Below are positions 1 through 8,255 of a stretch of 28,817 nt of DNA, one piece after another. Origin of the DNA: a virus (Duplodnaviria; Caudoviricetes); the IMG/VR virus record IMGVR_UViG_3300037499_000115, positions 1 through 28,817 of that record; one strand, written 5' to 3'. The first letter of the stretch is position 1, and each line of letters starts with the position of its first letter. Below the pieces are notes generated by a model. That model worked only from the letters and a program-made list of their open reading frames with translations. It was not told where the DNA came from and made no database searches. Both the position numbers and the translations under genes were made by a program.

Positions 1-146
1 GGTCGGCCCAAGATCGCTCCAGCTAGGCCGTCAGCTGGAGCGATCTTGGGTCCGGTCGCTTACATTTCGCGGGCCGAATTGCAAGCCACGGCCGGGCGCG
101 CGGCTGCCGGGGAGAGAGGGACGCTATGGATGTCCGGGGGTCTCTG
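1..146 (+). repeat. Terminal direct repeat, copy 1 (circular overlap)
   Basis: Matches 28667-28817 except that it lacks the 5 nt GGACA after position 126. Confidence 0.97.
7..50. repeat. Perfect 18-bp inverted repeat with 8-nt loop (also at 28673-28716)
   Basis: CCCAAGATCGCTCCAGCT (7-24) / AGCTGGAGCGATCTTGGG (33-50). Confidence 0.9.
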
Positions 147-195
147 ACATGGGGAAACTGGGGTGCTTTGGTCGATGGCATCGACGTTCGTCGAG

Positions 196-417
196 TCATC
201 GTGTCACACGCCGCAGTCCGCCGCGGCTGGTGACGGTCTGGTGTCCGTCTTCAAACTCGACCATCGCACTGTTCATCGTGCCCCGGCAGACCACGCGGCA
301 GCGCTGCCCGGTCCGGTCGATCCCGTCGCCGAACCAGGGCGCCCGGGCTGGTCGTACCACCGGGTACGGCGTGGCGATGCGGCGGTACCGCCAGGTCCAC
401 ACGTACGGGTAGCTCAT
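196..417 (-). CDS. Small conserved phage hypothetical protein (73 aa)
   Basis: ATG at 417 just after the upstream stop; RTGQRCRVVCRGTMNSAMVEFEDG resembles a recurrent phage hypothetical family. Confidence 0.7.
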   Translation of the reverse strand: MSYPYVWTWRYRRIATPYPVVRPARAPWFGDGIDRTGQRCRVVCRGTMNSAMVEFEDGHQTVTSRGGLRRVTR

Positions 418-424
418 CACCGGG

Positions 425-793
425 CTAGGGCCGCCACGCCGGGTCGTAGTCTGGATGCTGGACGTACGGGAGCGCGAGCAGGCGCAGCACCATGTCGTAG
501 GCGTGCAGCTGGCCTTTCCGGTAGTCGAGACTCGCACGCGGTAGAGACCGATACTTGTCTAGAATGGACCGATCGGCAGCCACCCGGCGCAGCACCCGCG
601 CCGGGTCATGCCGGGCCATGTGCAGGGCAGCGTTACGCGGCGCCAGCACCAAGCCGTCGAGGTCCCCACCTGCTACCTGGACCACGCCGGTTGACGGCAC
701 GTCCCAATCTCGGTAGCCGCCGCCCTGGCAAGCGGCCAGCGCATCGCCCTCATCCTCGGCCCACCGGGCGGCCAGGAACTCCACCAGCGTCAT
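425..793 (-). CDS. DUF6221-like actinobacterial phage protein
   Basis: MTLVEFLAAR...HMARHDPARVLR...LRLLALPYVQHPDYDPAWRP; ATGA overlap with the HNH gene. Confidence 0.8.
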   Translation of the reverse strand: MTLVEFLAARWAEDEGDALAACQGGGYRDWDVPSTGVVQVAGGDLDGLVLAPRNAALHMARHDPARVLRRVAADRSILDKYRSLPRASLDYRKGQLHAYDMVLRLLALPYVQHPDYDPAWRP

Positions 794-1071
794 GCGTCCA
801 TCCTCCCCTGCGTCCGCCACCGTGTCCGTGGTGTCGGTGCCGGATCGAGCCGGCCCGGGTCGCCGACCTGGGCGTTGCACCTGGCGCACGCGGCGACCAG
901 GAACCGGGGGTCGTCGCCTACGACCGCCCGGGGGCGGGTGTGGTGGGCGGCGGTGGCCGCGGCCGTGCAGCCGGGCAGGCGCAGCTGGCAGCGGTAGGCG
1001 TCGCGGGTCAGGACGTGGTGGCGGACCTTCCGCCAGGCCCGGGTGGAGCCGCCGGCCCAGGTGCGGCTCAT
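790..1071 (-). CDS. HNH endonuclease (probably packaging-associated)
   Basis: WRKVRHHVLTRDAYRCQL...C...AHH...LVAACARCN; ATGA-coupled start at 1071. Confidence 0.88.
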   Translation of the reverse strand: MSRTWAGGSTRAWRKVRHHVLTRDAYRCQLRLPGCTAAATAAHHTRPRAVVGDDPRFLVAACARCNAQVGDPGRLDPAPTPRTRWRTQGRMDA

Positions 1072-1382
1072 GCGGCCGGCCCGGTCGGGTGGTCCCGGTC
1101 GGTGGGTGCTTTGCACCGCCCGCTGGGCCGCGGCAGCGGCTTGTCCACGCCCAGGGCGACGGTGGGCGGCGGGGGCGTTGGCTGGCGGGTGGTCGACCAC
1201 GGCCAGGTGCCCGGGTCCAGCACGGTGACGCGGCTGTTCTGGACGTCCTGAAGGAACTGGCGGCGGAAGGCCCGGATCCGGCAGCGGCGCACCAGCCACG
1301 CCGCGGTGGCCATGGCGGTGACGCCTACGCCGATCCCGGACAGGAACGCGATGATCGTGGTGGTGGTCTCGGTGGTGGTCAT
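1068..1382 (-). CDS. Hypothetical protein with one N-terminal transmembrane segment
   Basis: IIAFLSGIGVGVTAMATAAWLV followed by basic residues; GAGG upstream. Confidence 0.55.
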   Translation of the reverse strand: MTTTETTTTIIAFLSGIGVGVTAMATAAWLVRRCRIRAFRRQFLQDVQNSRVTVLDPGTWPWSTTRQPTPPPPTVALGVDKPLPRPSGRCKAPTDRDHPTGPAA

Positions 1383-1402
1383 GCTCACCTCGTAGGGTTG
1401 GT

Positions 1403-1437
1403 GCCGGCCCGGGTGAGTACGGAACACCCGGGCCGGC
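1403..1437. terminator. Terminator-like hairpin (13-bp stem)
   Basis: GCCGGCCCGGGTG / CACCCGGGCCGGC just downstream of the stop at 1445; no U-tract, which is common in actinobacteria. Confidence 0.55.
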
Positions 1438-1444
1438 GTGTGGG

Positions 1445-1972
1445 TCAGCTGCTGGTGATCGCCGGTAGCTCCAGCGCCGGCATCAGCGCCTCAGCGGTAG
1501 GCAGGCTGGACAGGAACTCCCGGGCTTCGCCGGACTCGAAGCTCCCGGCCATGATCTGCTCCTGAGCCTGGACGCCCTGACGGTCGACTGCGAGCTTCGC
1601 CGCCCGTGCTGAGGCTTCCGCCTGAGTCTGTACCGCCTTGCGAAGCTCGTTCCGCCGTGCCGGGTCGGCGTTGCGGCCACGCTCGAACCAGTACAGGCCA
1701 GTACCGGGTCGGAACTCGGCCGAGATGCCACGCTCAGCACAGATCGCGTCGATCTTGGCCTTGACCTCGGCCACGTAGGCGCGAGCTTCGGCCATGATAT
1801 CCGCCCAGGCAGCATCCTGTTCCTTGAATTCGGCGGACAGTGCCGCTTCGGCGTCGGCCAGGATCTGCCGCTTGCGTGTCTCGACGTCATCCTTGGCGAG
1901 CCGGACCCGCGAGCGGACGATCTTCACAAGCTCCAGCCGTTCGGTGCGGGTCATCTTGTCTCCGCTATCCAT
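1445..1972 (-). CDS. Hypothetical helical/coiled-coil protein (175 aa)
   Basis: AGGAAGGGAAGG SD-like run upstream; protein-like composition. Confidence 0.8.
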   Translation of the reverse strand: MDSGDKMTRTERLELVKIVRSRVRLAKDDVETRKRQILADAEAALSAEFKEQDAAWADIMAEARAYVAEVKAKIDAICAERGISAEFRPGTGLYWFERGRNADPARRNELRKAVQTQAEASARAAKLAVDRQGVQAQEQIMAGSFESGEAREFLSSLPTAEALMPALELPAITSS

Positions 1973-2014
1973 GATCCTTCCCTTCCTCGCCGCCGGGTGA
2001 TCCGGCGGAAGTCG

Positions 2015-2191
2015 TCAACGGGTGCGTGGCTGGTGCTCGGGACACAGCGGCCCAACCTGGTAGGGCACCAGCTGATCGGTGCGGTTGCACCAGCGGCGTT
2101 CCTGCTCCAACCACCGGGCGCACCCGGTCCGGTCGGCGGTGACCCGCTGGACCATCTGGTCATACACCTGACGCTTCGTGGCCTCGGTCAC
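2015..2191 (-). CDS. Small Cys/His protein (58 aa), not in the ORF track
   Basis: Manual translation MTEATKRQVYDQMVQRVTADRTGCARWLEQERRWCNRTDQLVPYQVGPLCPEHQPRTR; GTG with AAGGA upstream; fills the operon gap. Confidence 0.65.
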   Translation of the reverse strand: MTEATKRQVYDQMVQRVTADRTGCARWLEQERRWCNRTDQLVPYQVGPLCPEHQPRTR

Positions 2192-2194
2192 GGT

Positions 2195-2689
2195 CTAGTC
2201 CTTCCCTTGTTCTCCGCCGGTCGATCCGGCGGTGGTCTTGGTCTTGCACCCGCGGGTGTGCCTGGGGGTGCCGTCCGGGTGGTTGGTCATGCCGCAGGTG
2301 CGGCAGTAGTCGATGTCGGGTGGTGCCGGGTGCTGTAGCCGGCGGGCGTGGCGGGTGGCCAGTCCGGCGCTGCGGGCGGTGGCGAAGTTGGCCCGGTCGA
2401 CTCTGCGCCGCCAGCGGACCTGGTCGGCTGGGCACCGGTGCTGGCGATGGACGGTTCCGGCCAGGTGAGGATCTTGGATGCGGAACTGGTCCCGGTGGAC
2501 CAGCTCCCCGGCCATGATCAACGTGTAGGTGGCGCGCCCTTCGGCGAGTGCCGCGACCTCCCCGGTCGCATCGATGGGTGTCACATCTACGCGCACTCTT
2601 AGCCCTTCGCAGTAAGCGACCAGTGTCGATGTTTTGCACGCCGCGCAGGTTCCGCCGCTGGCGCGGGTGGAGATCAGGTGTTGGGTCAT
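2195..2689 (-). CDS. Hypothetical Zn-binding protein (164 aa)
   Basis: CAAC...HRC and CRTC...H...C motifs; start MTQHLIST downstream of the primase gene. Confidence 0.7.
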   Translation of the reverse strand: MTQHLISTRASGGTCAACKTSTLVAYCEGLRVRVDVTPIDATGEVAALAEGRATYTLIMAGELVHRDQFRIQDPHLAGTVHRQHRCPADQVRWRRRVDRANFATARSAGLATRHARRLQHPAPPDIDYCRTCGMTNHPDGTPRHTRGCKTKTTAGSTGGEQGKD

Positions 2690-2692
2690 GGT

Positions 2693-2820
2693 CTGCAGGG
2701 ACTGCAGGGACTGCAGGGACGGTTCCTGACGGATCCGGACGCGGTTTTCCCTATCAAGATCATCGCAAACCTCCCGCGCGAGCGTTGTAGTTAGTCCCTG
2801 CAGTCCCTGCAGTCCCTGCA
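2693..2820. repeat. Two inverted sets of three 9-bp tandem repeats; putative replication origin
   Basis: (CTGCAGGGA)x3 at 2693-2719 and (AGTCCCTGC)x3 at 2793-2819 around a less GC-rich spacer at the 3' end of the primase-helicase gene. Confidence 0.75.
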
Positions 2821-5399
2821 CCTGGTGCCTCGTATGTGACGATTTGCCACTGAATCGTCCCGACCCTGTTCGCCTTGCGCTTGCAGACAGCCTTGTCGCC
2901 CACCCAGCGCCCCGTTCGGTAACCCAGCCACATCCCGAGTGATCGCGCGACCACCCTGGGATCGCTTGCTCTCGATGCCCGCTCGCTCAGTTCGCTCGGC
3001 AATACATCGAGGGGTATGGAAGCCGCGTGTAAGACGTCGACACGTTCCAGTAGATCTTTAGCAGTCCACAACTCGTCGCCAAACACGCGATACACAGCAT
3101 CGAGGAAGGTTCCCAGTTCGTCTTCATCGTCGGTGGCTTCCTGGCCGGAACTCTCGGGCGCGTCGAACGCGCCGGGAACGCCAGCGGCGGTCAGGATGCC
3201 ACGGACCGTCCCAACCCAGCGGCCGTAGATGTCGCCGACCTGCTCGGTCGGCTGCCCGCCGGCCACCCACGCCCGCACCAACGTCAGCAACGCAGCCAAC
3301 AGATTCCCCCGGTGTTCGTGTACCCACCGGGGCAGGTCTGAGATGTTGAATTCGGTTCGCCGCTCGGGGTGGGGCGCACGCGGGTCGATGCTGATCCACA
3401 ACGCGCGGGGTAGCAGGTCGCCACCGAGACGGGCGTTGTTGCTGGTGATGGTCCAAATTCGGTCGTTGCGGCGCCGGATCATCTGGTCGGTGCGGCCGAG
3501 TTGGCGGGCGTCGAACGTTGAGGATGTGAGTAGGCCGTCCAGGGTTCCGGATTTCAGGGTGCCGGTGACATTGTCGAAGCACACCACTGGCCCGGTGGTA
3601 ACGTTGAGGATGGTGGACAGAGTCTTGGACCATTCGGCCTCATCGGCGGGAACCTCGGCCCGGAACACGCCACCGTGCAGGATCCGCAGCAGTGACGCCA
3701 GCAGGGTCTTGCCGGAGCGTCGCATGGGTGCGGTGAATACGCCGAGTTTGTACGGGGGGCCGACCAGTTCTCGCAACACCGGAGTGATCAGCAGGCCGTA
3801 GAAGTTGGCCCGGTCATGGCTGGTGACGAACGGGAAACCCTCAACCATCCGATCAAGTAGCGCGACCGCCGCCCGCACCTGCCCGGCGGTCGGATCCTGG
3901 GGCACGTCGGGTACGACCAGGTCGCCGGGTAGATATAGCAACCGGGTTTCCGGGTCGTAGCCGGGCCGGTTGAGGATGGTGCCGTCGGCTCGCACAATTG
4001 GTGTGTGCGTGACGCCGTGTAGCTGACGTAGCCGCCGCATCATGTCCAGGGCGCTGACGGCGGTGGTGGCGGCAGAGAAGGGGAACAACGCCGGCTGGCG
4101 GATTTCGTTGCCGCTCTTGGTGGTGCTGCTGCGATAGGTGCCGTACCGGTAACTGATCTGTGCGGCCAGGTTGTTAGCGGTCACCACCCGGATCTGAGCC
4201 GGGCCGTCGTTATCGCGCTCGTTGTCGTTGAGGGGTACGTACCCGTCTTCACCTTCACGGGGGGTGTAAACGAGGTCATCGGCACGGTGGAACATGCCGG
4301 CCAGCTGGCCACGGCCCAGGTGGTCGCGGAGCCAGACGGCGGCCACTGCCGGGTTGGTCACGTCTAGCTCGGGCCGCGTGGTGGGCGGCTCCTGACGCGG
4401 CCGCTTTTCCTGCCCGCTGGACTGGTCGGGGGCACCACCGACCAGGTCGAACAGGTCCTGGTCGGTGGTGCAGTCGCATTCCTGGCCAGGTTGCGGGGCG
4501 CTGCCGGCGGCGAGCCGGATCGCCCCGAACAGCATCCGGTGGTATTCGGCGGTGGCTTCCTCGGTGGTGCGCGACGCGCCGCCGACCGCGGCGACGAACG
4601 CGTTGCCGAGCTGGCCTAGGGCGTCGTAGACACCGGCGTGGCCTTCCCCGCCGAACGCGGCCAGCGCCCGGGACGCGTCGCGGGTCAGGTCGTGACGTCC
4701 ACCTCCGGCCGGGTCCGCCAGCCGGCGGAGCGCTTCGGCCAGCACCAGCGACACCGGGGGACACTGCGGTCCGGGGCGCAGGTGCCGTAGCCAGGTGGCG
4801 GATTCACCAGCGCCAAGGTCCGCCGGGTTGCTCCGCGCGCGCGGCCGGGCGAGCCCGGCGACCCAGGGTAGCGGCAGCTCGGGCAGGTCGGCCGGTCCGG
4901 GTATCTGGTCGGTGAGCTGCCCGGCCGGGTTGTGCCACCGGTACTTGCGGCCGGTGTCGGGGTGCACCGAGGGCGCCGCGACCAGGTACCGGTGCCCGGC
5001 GTGGATGGTCTCGATGCCGGGTAGCGCCCCAACCCAGCTGATCCCGGCCGGAACCCGGAACAGCCGGATACCGGAGATCCCGTCATCGCGGCTGGTAGAC
5101 AACCAGGTCGCGGGCAGCGGTCCGTGTTCGGTCTCCAGCTCGGCGAGGGTCTGCGCGCCGGGTTTGTCGGCGTAGGCGTCTACGTCCAGGCCGAGCAGGT
5201 CGGCGGGTAGCCGGATCGCGAGGTTCCCCGCGCCCCGGTCTTCGATCCACGCGTGGATGTCGGCGAAGGACGGATAGGGCGCGCCGTGGCCGGTCCAGCC
5301 GTCCGGTGGGGGGCTTTTCCGCGCTGCGGGGAGCGGGAGGATGCCCCGCCAGCCTGCGCGCCAGTACAGCTCGGCGGCGGTGGCGTACGGGCCGGTCAC
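2760..5399 (-). CDS. Bifunctional DNA primase/polymerase (Prim-Pol) fused to a P-loop helicase-like domain
   Basis: N-terminal GWRGILPLP..KSPP, NLAIRL..LLGLDVD, YLVAAPSVHPDTGRKYRW; C-terminal APMRRSGKT Walker A, VVCFDNV Walker B, TITSNN. Confidence 0.9.
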   Translation of the reverse strand: MTGPYATAAELYWRAGWRGILPLPAARKSPPPDGWTGHGAPYPSFADIHAWIEDRGAGNLAIRLPADLLGLDVDAYADKPGAQTLAELETEHGPLPATWLSTSRDDGISGIRLFRVPAGISWVGALPGIETIHAGHRYLVAAPSVHPDTGRKYRWHNPAGQLTDQIPGPADLPELPLPWVAGLARPRARSNPADLGAGESATWLRHLRPGPQCPPVSLVLAEALRRLADPAGGGRHDLTRDASRALAAFGGEGHAGVYDALGQLGNAFVAAVGGASRTTEEATAEYHRMLFGAIRLAAGSAPQPGQECDCTTDQDLFDLVGGAPDQSSGQEKRPRQEPPTTRPELDVTNPAVAAVWLRDHLGRGQLAGMFHRADDLVYTPREGEDGYVPLNDNERDNDGPAQIRVVTANNLAAQISYRYGTYRSSTTKSGNEIRQPALFPFSAATTAVSALDMMRRLRQLHGVTHTPIVRADGTILNRPGYDPETRLLYLPGDLVVPDVPQDPTAGQVRAAVALLDRMVEGFPFVTSHDRANFYGLLITPVLRELVGPPYKLGVFTAPMRRSGKTLLASLLRILHGGVFRAEVPADEAEWSKTLSTILNVTTGPVVCFDNVTGTLKSGTLDGLLTSSTFDARQLGRTDQMIRRRNDRIWTITSNNARLGGDLLPRALWISIDPRAPHPERRTEFNISDLPRWVHEHRGNLLAALLTLVRAWVAGGQPTEQVGDIYGRWVGTVRGILTAAGVPGAFDAPESSGQEATDDEDELGTFLDAVYRVFGDELWTAKDLLERVDVLHAASIPLDVLPSELSERASRASDPRVVARSLGMWLGYRTGRWVGDKAVCKRKANRVGTIQWQIVTYEAPGAGTAGTAGTNYNARAGGLR

Positions 5400-5920
5400 G
5401 CCCGACTCCGGCGGCCCAGCAGGTCAAAGGCCACATTCAGATCGCGCATCAAATCGTTGTCGCCGCCGACGTCCGGGTGGAGCACCAGCGCCAGCTTCTT
5501 GTACGCCTTCTCGGCCTGGTCGGGGGACAGCTTGACGAGCAGGTTCTCGGCCCAGCTGGACCGTTGGGCGGACTGCTCGTTGCGCCGCCGGATCAGCTCC
5601 TGGCTCAGCCGCTGGTTCTCGCGCCTGAGTTCCGTGTTGGCCTTCTCCAGCCGCCGCAGCCGGGCCTGATCTTCCGGTCCGCTGCCGCCGGCCGGAGGTG
5701 GTCCGCTTCCCGGGGGCGCCTGGTTGATCTGGACCCGGTCTCCGATGCGCTGCAGCGCGATCGTGAGCGAGGGGACCTGCGCGGCGGGGATCCGCCAGCA
5801 CTTGTCTTCCTTGTCCCATGTCCGGTACGGGATGGTCTTGATGATCTCGACGCGTACGGCCGAGAACGGCGAGTAGATCCGGGCCTCGAATCCGGCGACC
5901 TCGATGCGCACCAGCGCCAT
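5396..5920 (-). CDS. J-domain protein with an N-terminal HARP-like segment and a coiled coil
   Basis: AYKKLALVLHPDVGGDNDLMRDLNVAFDLL (HPD motif); IKTIPYRTWDKEDKCWRIP; GGAGG SD. Confidence 0.8.
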   Translation of the reverse strand: MALVRIEVAGFEARIYSPFSAVRVEIIKTIPYRTWDKEDKCWRIPAAQVPSLTIALQRIGDRVQINQAPPGSGPPPAGGSGPEDQARLRRLEKANTELRRENQRLSQELIRRRNEQSAQRSSWAENLLVKLSPDQAEKAYKKLALVLHPDVGGDNDLMRDLNVAFDLLGRRSRA

Positions 5921-6014
5921 ACCGGTCCTCCCTCGTTGTGCCGCTGTTTGGTGCCCCGCCGCGACCTGATCGCGGGTGTACCGGCCGGTTCCGGGTTCGG
6001 GGCGCGGTCGTGGA

Positions 6015-6599
6015 TCAGTACGGCCGGCTCATCGCGGCCCGCAGGGTCGCCCGCTGCTCCTCACTCAGCGCTGCCCATGCCGTCGGGTCGACCCCGGCCG
6101 GCGGCGGATCCTCCGCACCGGCCTGCGCCGTCCCGCCGCCGCCGCCGGTCGGCGGGTCCTGCGGATCGGCGGCCTGCGCGACCGGGTCGGGCGGCTCGTA
6201 CTTGGCCGCGAACAGCTTCGGCGGGTTCTTCTTGCCCTGTGCCGGTCCGTCGCCGGTGTAGGTGACGGTGAGCCGGCCGCCGATTTCGAGCCGGGTGGCG
6301 CCGCTGCCGCGGACCGCGGAGGCGACCGCCTTCTGCAGGTTCGCCCGCACGTAGATGGCGCGGGTGCCGTCGTCGTCGGCGATCTCCCGGTCCCGTTCGG
6401 CGGTCTGCAGCACCACCTTGGCCTGCATCCTCGGCCTGCCGTCGGTCCAGACCAGCGGCTCGCCGCTGTCGAAGTCGGTCTGCTGCTGCAGCTCCGGCTC
6501 CCGGGCGACGGTCCCGGTGATCGAGGTTCCGATGGTGGGGAACTTCGCGGACGGGATCCCTGATCCCATCAAGAAGTCATTGGCGTCCTGGTTGGACAT
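6015..6599 (-). CDS. Actinophage-type single-stranded DNA-binding protein
   Basis: SAKFPTIGTSITGTV...QQTDF..GEPLVWTDGRPRMQ...DDDGTRAIYV...GGRLTVTYTG; lies beside a Cas4-like nuclease; GGAG SD. Confidence 0.7.
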   Translation of the reverse strand: MSNQDANDFLMGSGIPSAKFPTIGTSITGTVAREPELQQQTDFDSGEPLVWTDGRPRMQAKVVLQTAERDREIADDDGTRAIYVRANLQKAVASAVRGSGATRLEIGGRLTVTYTGDGPAQGKKNPPKLFAAKYEPPDPVAQAADPQDPPTGGGGGTAQAGAEDPPPAGVDPTAWAALSEEQRATLRAAMSRPY

Positions 6600-6636
6600 T
6601 TCTACTCCCTTGCGTTTTGGCACCTTGGTACCTGGG

Positions 6637-7422
6637 TTAATAGATCCCGGGCATGGTCTTGGGGATGTCGGCCGGCTGCCCGGGACAGCCGGCGTCATCT
6701 GCCGGCCCGTTTCCGGGCCGGAGGAATGGGCACCAGCGGCAGTCATCGCTGGGTGTGGCCTGGATCAGCGACCAGCGGTCCGGATGGCGTTCCGGGTTCA
6801 GCTGGTACAGCAGCGTGGACAGCCGGCTGAGCCGGTCGAGCCCCCGCCGGGCAATCTGTTCGTCGTATGGTTCGGCGTGGATGTGCAAGCCAAGTCCGCC
6901 GAAGTCGCCGCCTAGGTTGTCCGACCGCGGGTAGCAGACCAGCGCGACCTGCTGGACCTGGCGGCCTGCGCGGGCGTGGCCAAGTCCGTAGGAGTGCAGC
7001 TGGACCCGGTATTTGTCCGGGATCTGACCGCCCCGGATCTTCCGGAGTGACGTGATTCCGAGAAGTTTGTGGTCTAGCACCGTGCCGGTGTCCACGTCGA
7101 ACAGGTCGGCGGTTCCCGAGTAGCCGTCGGTGAGGTAGACCCGTTCCTCGATGACGTACCGGGTCCGGCCGATCCGCTGGTTCTCGGCTGCGAACGCTTC
7201 GGCCGCCCAGGTGTGCCACGCGGTACCCACATCAGCCAGGTGGTTGTCCCGCCCCGTGTTCACCGGCGGCATCTGCATCAGCCGGTAGGCGATGGCCCGG
7301 TCACACGGGTCGCCGATCTCGGACAGGCCGATCATCTTCTGTTGGCTGCGCGCCGACGATTCGCTGTAGGTGCGGCAGATCCGCTTCACCTCGGTGGCCA
7401 GGTCTTCTACCGGGGGGCTCAT
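6637..7422 (-). CDS. Cas4/RecB-family (PD-(D/E)XK) exonuclease
   Basis: SEIGDPCDR, GTAWH, E-ERV, GTADLFD..VLDHK, QLHSYG, CRWCPF..C. Confidence 0.88.
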   Translation of the reverse strand: MSPPVEDLATEVKRICRTYSESSARSQQKMIGLSEIGDPCDRAIAYRLMQMPPVNTGRDNHLADVGTAWHTWAAEAFAAENQRIGRTRYVIEERVYLTDGYSGTADLFDVDTGTVLDHKLLGITSLRKIRGGQIPDKYRVQLHSYGLGHARAGRQVQQVALVCYPRSDNLGGDFGGLGLHIHAEPYDEQIARRGLDRLSRLSTLLYQLNPERHPDRWSLIQATPSDDCRWCPFLRPGNGPADDAGCPGQPADIPKTMPGIY

Positions 7423-7634
7423 GCCACCCCCCGCCGGTCCGTCTTCGCGGCGTGCCGCTTGATCATCGCCAGCACCCGGCCGGCGTGTTTGGCGCAGATC
7501 CAGACCTCGGCGAGGTATGAGTTGTCGAGAACTTGCCCGGTGCACCGGACTCCGCCGCGGCCGTGGTACCGGCATCGGTCGATGGTTGGTACTGTCGGGG
7601 TGGCGTCGCCCCGCATGCCCGGGGCGGCGCTCAT
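7419..7634 (-). CDS. Small putative zinc-finger protein (71 aa)
   Basis: RCRYHGRGGVRC...ICAKH; ATGA overlaps at both ends. Confidence 0.7.
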   Translation of the reverse strand: MSAAPGMRGDATPTVPTIDRCRYHGRGGVRCTGQVLDNSYLAEVWICAKHAGRVLAMIKRHAAKTDRRGVA

Positions 7635-7981
7635 GCTTGCGCCGCCTTTCCGGCGCCGCTGGCTGCCTGGTCCACCGTGGCGACCTCGGTCGCGGCCTGG
7701 CTGGCTCGCTGGGCGGCATCTCTGGCTCGCTGGGCGGCGGCCCGCGCCGCCATCTGCGCCAGGTGGGCGCGGCGCAGTGAGTCGGCGGCCCGGTCCAGGT
7801 CGGCCCCGTTCAGGTGGGGCCACTTCTCCGCGGCCTGCCGATGCCACCGCTGGGCGTAGCCCTCGCGGGCGGGTGCGGTGGCGGCCCGGCGTTCCTCGGC
7901 GGTCATCCCGGCGAAGCGGAGGTGCGCCGCGGCGCGGGCTAGGTGGACCCGGACCGGCTGGGGTGGAGGGGTTCGTGCCAC
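7631..7981 (-). CDS. Basic helical protein, first gene of the early operon (possible DNA-binding protein or recombination directionality factor)
   Basis: ARAAAH...RRAATAPAREGY...RAADSLRRAHLAQMA resembles small proteins seen beside integrases in actinobacterial elements; function inferred. Confidence 0.65.
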   Translation of the reverse strand: MARTPPPQPVRVHLARAAAHLRFAGMTAEERRAATAPAREGYAQRWHRQAAEKWPHLNGADLDRAADSLRRAHLAQMAARAAAQRARDAAQRASQAATEVATVDQAASGAGKAAQA

Positions 7982-8255
7982 GGTGTCGGCCCTTCGGCTA
8001 GCGCCGATTCACCCGTTCGGGTCTACGGTGGCCACCGTTAGGGGCTACGCACACCGTTGAGACCCGGTACCGTGAGGTAGGTTCCGCGGCCCTGCCAGGC
8101 TACGGAGCGTCACCCTAGATACAGCGTGTATCGGCTCAGGGGGTCGGGGGCCGGTCCCACCCGTTCGCATGGTGAGGGGCCGGTCCCCGTCTGGTCGGCA
8201 CAGCTTATACGGTTTCTCCGTGCGTTGGTATGCACGGCCCGCCGACCACGCCGAG
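7982..8255. promoter_or_regulatory. Early-operon control region
   Basis: 274-bp gap containing the palindrome ACGGTGGCCACCGT (8025-8038), GATACA-gcg-TGTATC near 8118-8132, and a 12-bp inverted match to an attP-flanking motif (8043-8054). Confidence 0.5.

Noticed and set aside
6637-7422. CRISPR-Cas system suggested by the Cas4-like gene
   Set aside because: No cas1/cas2 and no repeat-spacer array; solo Cas4/RecB nucleases next to SSB are common phage recombination genes.
7701-7738. 17-bp direct repeat CTGGCTCGCTGGGCGGC
   Set aside because: In-frame duplication encoding AAQRAR/AAQRAS within a helical tail; no sign of separate function.
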